Origin: the human T2T-CHM13v2.0 reference genome, Homo sapiens
Assembly: GCF_009914755.1 (NCBI RefSeq)
Contig: NC_060927.1
Length of the DNA: 64,000 nt
Direction: 5' to 3' (one strand)
Each line of letters begins with the position of its first letter. Position 1 is the first letter of the stretch. Of the stretch, positions 54,020-64,000 are shown piece by piece. The position numbers were made by a program, and so were the translations under genes. The notes beneath the pieces were generated by a model. The model searched no databases. It was not told where the DNA came from and saw only the letters and a list, made by a program, of their open reading frames with translations.

Positions 54020-55490
54020 AAATAATCATTCATTCTTCATAGATATTCTGAGTGCATAAAGTTCCTACTATCTTGCAACTTACAATCTTGTGGGAAAAAT
54101 AGATAAGCAGATTCAAAGTTGAGTCTTTTGTAAGGATAACCTTAGGGGTATGAGTGGGATATTATGCACAAACATATAAAGAACATGGGCTTGTGATGGT
54201 GACACTAGTAGTATGAAGCTGGAGTGGGCATTACAAAAGCCTTCCTGAGGTAGTGACATTTGAGCTGACTGTTGAATGAGAAATAGGAACTGTCCAGCTA
54301 AGAGAAAGCTGAAGGCCCTTCAGGCAGAGAGAGCAGCATACTCTAAGGCTCTGAGGCAAAGGAAACTGCGGAAACTTGAGCAAATTACAAGTCATTTGTT
54401 GTGACAGTAAGGGCTGCATTTGGCAGGGAGGGAGGATACAGTAGGTAGGAGGTGATGAAAAAAGTAGCTGGAGAGGAGGCCAGGAGCCAGTCTAAATAAA
54501 AAGGCACTTGAAAGTTTCAGTTCTACTGCATCCTTTTTCTCAGATCATACTCTCTCTTTAGCTCAGTCTAATCTGTACTCTCCCTTAATTAGTTCAGGCA
54601 ATCCACTCTTTCTAAGGTTGCCAATTACCTCCACTATATCCAAGGGATATTTTCTAGACCCTTGTTTTATTTGACCTCTCAGAAGAGTTTGACACAGCTG
54701 GCCACTCTCCTTGAAAGGCACTCTTTCTTAATTAAGCCTCTCTGGTACCATGCAAGGCTTCTCTGACTGCAATTCAGGTTTCCTTATAAGTCCATACTCC
54801 TCTACCCAATTTTTAAATGCTGGACTTCTCCAAGGTTGGGTCCTGAGTTTCTCTTATGTTCTCACTTTACTCTGTCATCCTCCATGTAGGTCAGGCACTT
54901 CTGCTATATACTTTCATAACATTAAAGCTTTTTCATCATAACATTCTGGTTTGTAATTTTGAACAGAATCAATGAAAATCAATTACCCACCACTCCCTCA
55001 ATGTTTGGTTTAGTGTACACACTCATTACATATTGGCTGAATAATTAAATGAGTAAATTGTACAATAGCAGACAAGAAACATTGAGGCATCTCAATTTGA
55101 TCATATTTGCATGGGTATAATGTGATGAATAAATGAGAGCAAGGCAAGATTGGAGGCAATTAGAAAGCTGTTGTAATAACCCAAGTGAGAAATATGTGGA
55201 TCAAAACTAAACAAGCAGCTGTGGAGGGGCAGAAATTAGACATATTTGAGAAATATTTATGAGGTAGAATTCATAAAATCTGGTGATCAACTTAATGTGA
55301 GGACCAAAGGAAAGATAACAAGAATTTTATAGGTTTATAGCTTAGGTGGTTATGCAATTCACTGACATAGATGCTATATGGGAGAAGAAGCTGGGTATAG
55401 ATTAAATATTATAAATTTAGATTAAGATACATTAAGTTTGAGATCCCTATAGTGGACACATGCCCAGATTTTTGATATGTGGTTCTGGCC
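54020..55490. mobile_element. L2 relics in mixed orientation
   Basis: tcattcattc 3' end; gacctctcag...tttgacacag (+); ttaagtttgagat (-). Confidence 0.6.
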
Positions 55491-55855
55491 TGATGTGGTT
55501 TGGCTGTGTTCCCACCCAAACCTCATGTTGAATTGTAGCTTTCATAATTCGCACATGTTGTGGGAGGGACCCAGTGGTAAATATTTGAATCATGGGGGTG
55601 CTTTCCCGCATACTGTTCTCATGGTAGTGAATAAGTCTCATGAGATCTGATGGTTTTATAAGTGGAAACCCCTTTCTCTTGGTTCTAATTCTCTCTCTTG
55701 CCTGCCACCAATGTAAGATGTGACTTTCACCTTCTGCCATGATTGTGAGGCCACTCCAGCCATGTGAAACTGTGAGTCCATTAAACATCTTTTTCTTTAT
55801 AAATTACCCAGTCTCAGGTATGTCTTTATCAGCAGCATGAAAATGGGCCAATATG
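55491..55855 (+). mobile_element. THE1C-like solo LTR
   Basis: tgatgtggtttggctgtg...ggaaacccctttctcttggttct...cagcagcatgaaaatgg. Confidence 0.9.
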
Positions 55856-56087
55856 CGCATTCAGGAGAGGAAACTGCAGATACAAATTTTTTATTAGGAG
55901 AAATTTGGATTTGTATTCACCTTCCCCTTCCACTTATTTTTTTCTTTTGTCGTCCCAAAGCAAACATTGAATAGTTGAAATACAAATAAATTTATTCATT
56001 TTTCTGCTTCCTATCTGAAAGGAATTGAGGCAACACTACAGGCCTTAATTAAATGCACTGTGGTGGAAGAGAACTTTTTATACCAAC

Positions 56088-56509
56088 TACTATGGCTTGA
56101 GTGTTTATCCCCTCCAAAATTCATGTTGAAATTTAACTGCCATTGTGATGGTATTTGGAGGTGAGATCTTTAAATGGGGTTTAGGTCTTGAGGCCTCTGC
56201 CTTCATGAATGAACAAATGCCATTATCGTGAGAGTGGGATTGTTATTGTGGGAGAGGGTTTGTTATTGTGGGAGTGGATTTGCTTCCTTTTCCTCTCTCT
56301 CCCTCTTTCTCTTTGTCTTACCCTCTCATTGCCCTTTAGACATGTGATGACTTACACTGTGTTATGATGCAGCAAGAAGGCCCTCACCAGATGCTGGCTC
56401 CTTGGTCTTGGACTTCCCATTCTCCAGATCTATGAGTAATAAATTCTAATCATTATAAATTACCCAGTCTGTGGTATTATCTTCTTGCATTATAAAATGG
56501 ACTAAGACA
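56088..56509 (+). mobile_element. MST-family (MSTB/D-like) solo LTR
   Basis: tactatggcttgagtgtttatcccctccaaaattcatgttgaaa...ggactaagaca. Confidence 0.85.
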
Positions 56510-57102
56510 TAAGCCTTGTTAGAAAAAAGCCAATATGGCCTTCTTTTTTGCCATCAAAATATATAGGTTTTCATAGTGGATGTACATTATACAGTAAGAA
56601 GTTCAGCCTCAAGTAGGTTTGTTGAGATTTGGCTGGAAAAGCTTTATTAATAAAACATATCAAAGTATTTTAAAATTATAGTATCAAAAAGCTATACCTG
56701 AACTGGGGTTTTGCAGTTTCAGCACTTGGCTATTATGGCGTGGCAGTAATGAACTCTGATTTGGGCTGTGAGAGAATGAGCTAAGAGAAGAAAAAGGCAA
56801 TGTCATAATTTTCTGCTGATAAGCTCTCTCCACATTCTGGTAAGATTCACAAACAAGGCTTAGTGGATCTAGGTATATGTGTAAAGTGCTACGGTTGTTA
56901 TATAGTCTTAATAAGTAGAATTCAAAATGAACTTCAACAGAAATTTTCAAATCTTCTAATCATCCAGAAATCCTTGCCTAAACTCTTCAGGGCAGGATGG
57001 TTTTGAATCATTATATATCTACACAATGACTTCATTTTGTCCTCATATCGAGCTCTTGAGAATGTAATAGCCCAAGGTCTCCTGGTTTATCTATTTTTTT
57101 CG

Positions 57103-57530
57103 TGTTATGGGTTGAATTATATACCCCACAAAAGATATGTTGAAGTCTTAACCCCCAGTACCTGTGTGTATGATCTTATGTTGAAATAGAGTCTTTGCCT
57201 ATATAATCAAGTTAAGATAAGGTCATTACAGTGGATTCTAATTCAATATGACTGATCTATTCATAAGAAGAGGAAAATATCATGTGGAGACAAAAACACA
57301 GAGTAAGTGCCCTGTAATAAATGCAACTGAAACCAAAGAACACCAAAGATTGATAGTCACCACCAGAAGCTAGAAAGAGGCAAAGATGTTCTTAAAGGGA
57401 GCATGGCCCTGCCCGGCTGATACCTTGATTTTGGACTTCAAGCTTCCAGGACTGTGAGAGTATAAATTTCTATTTTTGTAAACCATCCAGCTGTGTCACT
57501 TTGTTATGGTAGCCCTAGGAATCTAATACA
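57103..57530 (+). mobile_element. MLT1B/C-like solo LTR
   Basis: tgttatgggttgaatt...aaaagatatgttgaagtc...gccctaggaatctaataca. Confidence 0.85.
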
Positions 57531-57928
57531 GCACGTGAAGAAAAGGTTGTCATTTGACAGCCAAAAGGACAAGAGGCAGGACATTATAAGAATCTCCCAA
57601 AATATTCTACTTCTCAATTTTTCTTAATTATTGGGAAGAATGGATTAAATACCCTTTAAGGCACTGTATAACCTTGTATTAGACTATTATTCAAAGCAAT
57701 AATATGAAAGGAGGAGGATGGTATTTCTTTGACCAGGGAATATCCTGAAATTTCTAAAATGATGACGTTCAATGTGACACAGACTAGTGTCTGTAGCTTC
57801 AAAGTAAAGACATTTTAAGAGTTTGGAACCTGCCCTACAAAGATTTAATTGATTTCTAATTTATATAATGTATCACTTTTGTTGTCAAATTTGCTTAATT
57901 TCTGAAGAAAAGGCCTCTTCATCTTGTA

Positions 57929-60250
57929 CAGGAATACTTTGTTTTATTGTGCTTTGTTTTACTGCACTTAGCAGATATTGTGGTGGTGTTTTTTTCACTA
58001 AAGTTTGTGACAACCCTACACTGAGAAAGTCTTTCTGTGCCATTTTTCCAATAGCATGTGCTTATTTCTGTGTCACATTTTGGTAATTCTCACAGTATTG
58101 CAAACTATATTATTATTATTATCATCATCATCATCATCATCATCAGTATAGTCGTCTGTGATCAGTGATCTTTGATGTTACAACCATAATTATTTTGGGC
58201 ACAAAGAACCATGCCCACTGTAGATGGTGAACCTAATCAATAAATGTTGGGTATTCTCACTGCTCTAATGACAGGCCTTTCCCCATCTCTCTTTCTTTCC
58301 TTGGACCTTCCTATTCCCTGAGACAGAGCAATACTAAAAGTAAGCCAATTAATAACCCTATAATGGCTTCTAAGTGTTAAAGTGAAAGAAAGAGTCACAT
58401 GTCTGTCACTTTAATTCAAAAGCTAGAAATGATGAAGCTTAGTGAGGAAGGCATGTTGAAAGCTGAGATAGGTTTCTTGCACCAAAAAGAGCCAAATTGT
58501 GAATTCAAAGGAAAAATTATAGAAGGAAATTGAAAGTACTACTCCAGTGAATGCACAAATGATAAAGTGCAACAGTCTTAATGCTAATATAAAGAAAGTT
58601 TTAGTGGCTTGAATAGATTAAAATATTCACAATATTCCCTTAATCCAAAGCAAGACCCTAACTCTCTTTAATTGTATGAAGGCTGAGAGAAGTGAGGAAA
58701 CTATAGGAGAAATGTTTGAAGTTAGCAGATGTTGGTTCATCAGGTTTAAGGAAAGAAGCCATTTCCATAACATAAATATACAGGGAAAGCAGCAAGTTAT
58801 ACAGAAGATCTAGCTAAGATAATTGGTGAATGTGGCTGCACTAAACCACAGATTTTCAATGTTGACAAAACAGCCTTCTATTAGAGGAAGATGTCGTCTA
58901 GGATTTTCATGGCTAGAGAGGAGAAGTTAATGCTTGGCTTCAATGCTTCAAAGAATGGGCTGACTGTCTTGTTAGAGGTTAATGTAGCTAGTGACTTTAA
59001 GTTGAGGCCAATGCTCATTGACCATTCCAAAAATACTAGGGCCCTTAAGAATTATGCTAAATGTACTCTACCTATGTTCTATCAATGAAACAACAAAGGC
59101 CACATACTAGCACATCTTTTTACGGCATGATTTGCTGAATATTTTAAGTCCACTGTTGAGACTTACTGCTTAGAAGTTTCCTTTTAAATATTACTGCACA
59201 TTGTAAATGCACCTTGTCACCCAAGAGCTCTTATGGAGATATACAAGGAGATGAATAATGTTTTCATGCCAGTTAACACAACATTTATTCTGCAGTCCAT
59301 GGATCAAGGAGTAACTTTGACTTTCAAGTCCTACTATGTAAGAAATACATTTTGTAAGGCTATAACTGCCATAGATAGTGATTCCTCAGATGGATCCAGG
59401 CAAAGAAAATGGAAAACCTAGAAAGGATTTACCATTCTATGTGCCATAAAAAACCATTTTGTGGTTCATGAGAGAAGGTGGAAATATCAACACTAACAAG
59501 AGTTTGGAAAAAGTTGGTTGTAATCCTCATGGATGACTTTGAGGGGTTCAAGACTTCAGTGGAGGAAGTAACTGCAGATGTGGTGGAAATAGCAAGACAA
59601 TTAGAATTAGAAGTGGATCCTGAAGATGTGAATGAACTTTTGTAATCTTATGATAAAACTTGAATAAATGAGGAGTGGCTCCTTACGGGTGAGCAAAGAA
59701 AGTTATTTTTCTTGAGATGGAATTTATTCCTGGTAAAGATGATGTGAACATTGTTGAAATGTCAATGAAGGATTTAGAGTATTACATAAGCTTACTTGAT
59801 AAAGCAGTGGCTAGGTTTGAGAGGATTGACTACAATTTTGGAAGAGCTTCTACTGTGGATAAAAAATTTTAGTGAAAGTAAGAGTTAATCAATGCAGCAA
59901 ACTTCATTTTCATCTTATTTTACAAAATTCCCCACAGCTACCTCAGCCTTCAGCAACCACCAACCTAATCAGCCAGCAGCCAGCAATATTGAGGCAAGAT
60001 ACCCCACCAGCAAAAAGATTATGGTTTGCTGAAGGCTCAGATGATTGTTAGAGTTTTTATTGGTATTCTTTAATTAGAGTATGTACATTTTTTAGACATA
60101 ATGCTGTTGCACACTTGAGATTATAGTATAGTGTAAACATAACTTTTATATGCACTAGAAAATAAAAAAATGTGTAACTTGCTTTAATGCCATATTTGCT
60201 TTATTTAAATGGTCTGGAACTAAACAAGCAACATCACTGAGATTTTCCTC
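57929..60250 (+). mobile_element. Near full-length Tigger1 DNA transposon with disabled transposase (ATG about 58363)
   Basis: ta|caggaatact left end; degenerate right TIR; peptides RIFMAREEK...DFKLRPMLI and [12 protein letters not shown] match Tigger/pogo transposase; multiple stops. Confidence 0.93.
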
Positions 60251-61585
60251 CATTATTAAAATATTAATAAATATTACAAAATATATAAATAATATTTTAT
60301 GTAATGTCATATAAGATTGCTCTGTTTTAGCATATCAGAGTAACTAGTCCCAAGCTATCCCAAGTTATTGGATCTAAGGATAATAATCCTGGCCTTCATA
60401 AGTTTTAATCCAAACACTGAATATAATACCTCACATGAGTACTAACAGTAACCTTAGTATGTTTAAGTTAAACTGACACTTGTAATTTATCAACCACTGT
60501 TATATTTTTCTTGTTTTTTCAAATGTCAGAGGACATTTTTAAGAATGTGTAACAAATAGAACTAAGTGGAAAAAGTAATACCCCTGGTGAGGTGGTGGCT
60601 AGTAAGGGGACAGTTGCAAAGGTAATACAACTTATTGAAGAACAAAAGTAAACTGACACTTCTGACATCATATTGAATAACTTCCAGTCTTAACTCTTTA
60701 CACAATTTGGAGTCTGTAAAAAAAATTATACTGTGTATTTGAAGGCACAATTATAATATCGGTTATTACCTCACTAGTAACAATTCTTCCCATATAGACT
60801 TGAAAATTCTATACCATAACTCATTAACATGAGTTTCATTTTCCCAAACATATAAAAGCAATTTTTTAAATTCCCGTGGTGGTTTCTACTCAGTCCTCTA
60901 CATTAGGTTGTTGAGTAGTTGCAGCTCAGTGGAAGGCCTGCTTCCTACAGTGTCTCTTTCTTGTGCACCATGTTTCCTGGCTTCAGAAATGTCATTTAAT
61001 CTTAGATAGTCTCAGAGCACTTTGGTGTAATCACCTGAAACTTATTTAGATTTAAGGAGAAAATCTATCTTTCCATGTCATAGTCTTCCAAGTCCTTCTG
61101 CTAAAAAGGTTCAAAGGTCAATGCCTTACCCTATGGAGCCCTCCAATTACATTAGATTCATTTTTCTGAACTTGGAGTGCGAAAAGGAGTTTCTCTGAGA
61201 CTTCTGTTGTTCAGAATAACAGTGAACTGAATAGATTGCCCAATTACTAGAGACAGATTTATTTTACACTCTATTTTGCTGGAGATGCGCCATTATACTT
61301 TGTTTATACAATAATTCATACCTATGTGGACAAATTATGTCTATATAATGAAACCCTTTAGGCCAGCTTAGGGAAGGTCTAAACCAATTATTATAGTGTT
61401 TGTTTCAATGTATATATGACCTTCCTTGTTTACTACAATAGGATAGTTTCTCTTCTTCAGTTGTCTATATTCTCATGTAGCCTAGCTTCTTTCCCAAATA
61501 TTGTTCAAGTGTATATGTTTTGTAATTTTATAAATCAGAGCTCCATACTCACTGGCCTCCCTATTCATACTGCACCATGACAAGG

Positions 61586-63917
61586 TGATGTGCTTTGGCT
61601 TTGTGTCCCTGCCCAAATCTCATGTTGAATTATAATCCCCAATGTGGGAGGTGGGGCCTGGTGGGAGGTGATTGGATCATGGGGACGAATTTCCCCCTTT
61701 GTTGCTGTTCTCACAACAGAGTTCTCACAATATTTGACTGTTTAAAAGTGTGTGGCAACTTCCCCTCTCTCTCTTCTGTGCTGGCCGTGTGAATGTGTGC
61801 CTGCTTCCCCTTCACCTTCTTCCATGATTGTAAGTTTCCTGAAGCCTCCCCAGCCATGCTGCCTGTACAGCCTGTGGAACCATGAGCGAATTAAACCCCT
61901 TTTCTTTATAAATCACCCAGTCTCAGGCATTTCTTTATAGCAGTGCAAGAACAAACTAATACAGAAAATTGGTACCAGGAGTGGGACATTGCTAAAAAGA
62001 TACCTGAAAATCTAAAAGCAACTTTGGAACTGGGTAATGGCACAGGTTAGAACAGTTTGGAGGGCTCAGAAGAAGACAGGAAGATGAGGGAAAGTTTGGA
62101 ACTTCCTAGAAACTTGTTGAATGGTTGTAACCAAAATGCTGATAGTGATATAAACAGTGAAGTCCAGACTGAGGAGGTCTCAGATAGAGATGAGAAACAT
62201 ATTGGGAAATGGAGCAAAGGTCATTTTTGTTAATCTCTAGCAAAAAAGTTGGTCGCATTGTGCCCCTGCTCTACAGATCTGTGGAACTTTGAACCTGAGA
62301 ATGATGATTTAGGGTATCTGGCAGAAGAAATTTTTAAGCAGCAAAGGATTCAAGGAACGGCCTGGCTGCTTCTGGCAGCCTAATGCCCATATTCATGAAC
62401 AAAAAAATAACCTGAAACTGGAACTTATATTTAAAAAGGAAGCAGAGCATAAAAGTTAGGAAAATTTGCAGCTCGGCTGCATGGTAGAAAAGAAAAGCCC
62501 ATTTTCAAAGGAGCAATTGAAGCTGGCTGTAGGCTGTTGAAATCTGCATAACTAAAAGGAAGGCAAGTCCTAAAGCCAAGACAATTGGAAAAAGGCCTTG
62601 GAAGCATTTCAGAGACCTCTGTGGCAGCACCCTCCCCACCACAGCCCTGGAGGCCTAGAAGGAAAGAATAGTTTCATGGGCCAGGCCCAGGACCACACTG
62701 CTCTGTGCAGCATTGGGACACTGGTCCTGGCATCGTGGCCACTCCAGCACCACCCATGGCTAAATGGTACAGCTTGGGCCATTGCTTTAGAGGGTGCAAA
62801 CAAAAAGCCTTGGTAGCTTTCATGTGGCATTAAACCTGTGGGTGCACAGGGTACAAGAGGTGAGGTTTGGGAGCCTCCACCTAGATTTCAGAAGATAATG
62901 GAATAGCCTGGGTGTCCAGGCAGAAGTCTGCTGCAGGAGCAAAGTCCTCATTGAGAACCTCTACAAGAGCCACGCAGAGGAGAAATGTGGGGTTGGAGCC
63001 CCCACACAGAGTCCCCACTGGGGCACTGCCTAGCAGAGTTGTGGGAAGGCCACTACCCTCCAGACCCCAGAATGGTAGATCCACCAACAGCTTGCACCAT
63101 GCACTTGGAAAAGCCACATATACTCAATGCCAGCCGTGAAAGCAGCCGCAGGTACTGAGCCCTGCAGAGACCCCGGGACAGAGCTGCCCAAGGCCTTGGG
63201 AACCCACCCCTTGCACCAGTATGTCCTGATTGTGAGATACGCAGTCAAAGGAGATTATTTTGGAGTTTTAAGATTTAATGACTGTCCTGCTGGTTTTCAG
63301 ACTGGCATGGGGACTGTACTTATATCCCCATTGTATCTTGGATGTAACTATCTTATTTTTAAGTTTACAGGCTCATAGGTGGAAGAGACTGGCCTTGTCT
63401 CAGATGAGGCTTTGAGCTATGAACTTTTGGGTTAATGTTGAAATGAGTTAAAACTTTGGGGAACTATTGAGAAGGGATGATTGTATATTGCTGTATGAGA
63501 AGGACATGTGATTTGGGAAGGTCCAGGAGCAGAATGACATGGTTTGGATTTGTGTCTCTGCACAAATCTCATGTTGAATTGTAATTCCCAATGTTGGAGG
63601 TGGGGCTTGATGGTCAGTGATTGGATCATAGGGGTGGGTTTCACCCTTTGGTGCTGTTCTCATGATAGAGTTCTTATGAGATCTGGTTGTTTAAAAGTAT
63701 GTGGCACTTCCCCATCTCTCTTTTTTCTCCTCTCCTGGCCAGGTAAAGACATGCCTGCTTCCCCTTCACCTTCTGCCATGATTGCAAGTTTCCTAAAGCC
63801 TCCCCAGCCATGCTTCCTATACAGCCTATGGAACTGTGAGCCAATTAGACCTCTTTTCTTCATAAATTACCAGGTCTCAGACATTTTGTTATAGCAGTGT
63901 GAGAACAGACTAATACA
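61586..63917 (+). mobile_element. Full-length MSTA-like MaLR: LTR 61586-61963, internal, LTR 63535-63917
   Basis: Paired LTRs (cccaaatctcatgttgaatt...ctaataca), MST-int body, TSD caagg/gaagg. Confidence 0.95.
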
Positions 63918-64000
63918 GAAGGAGAGGACAATACCTATCTCAAGAGACTCTGGGTCTAGTTCCCCTTTATAGGCTGAATATCCTCCTTAATACCATAACA

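Noticed and set aside
58363-59720. Tigger1 transposase as a TIGD-like gene
   Set aside because: Stop codon within the first few codons and many more downstream

Overview
AT-rich, CpG-depleted primate (human-like) non-coding DNA, intergenic or deep intronic; I cannot identify the locus. No host protein-coding gene, CpG island, rRNA or CRISPR array is supported, and the ORF-track hits are decayed TE frames or chance ORFs. Most of the window is nested mobile elements: an old L1 with its 5' end, an L1PA16-like 3' half, L1M/L2/L3/MIR relics, six same-strand Alus, full-length MaLRs (THE1B-like, MSTA-like, an ancient MLT1J/K-like), a near full-length Tigger1, solo LTRs and a 5.2 kb MER41-type ERV1. 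The most unusual item is the MER41 element: it carries complementary LTR halves (R-U5...internal...U3-partial R) that overlap by 31 bp, plus intact tandem GAS/STAT motifs and an internal tRNA-Glu-like segment. Also noted: a ~35 nt U2 snRNA 5' fragment with a degenerate TSD, a strong CTCF motif, a perfect DUX4 motif in one THE1B LTR and a few candidate enhancers. I found no convincing new gene system. Subfamily names come from remembered consensus sequences, not a search, and boundaries of old repeats are approximate.
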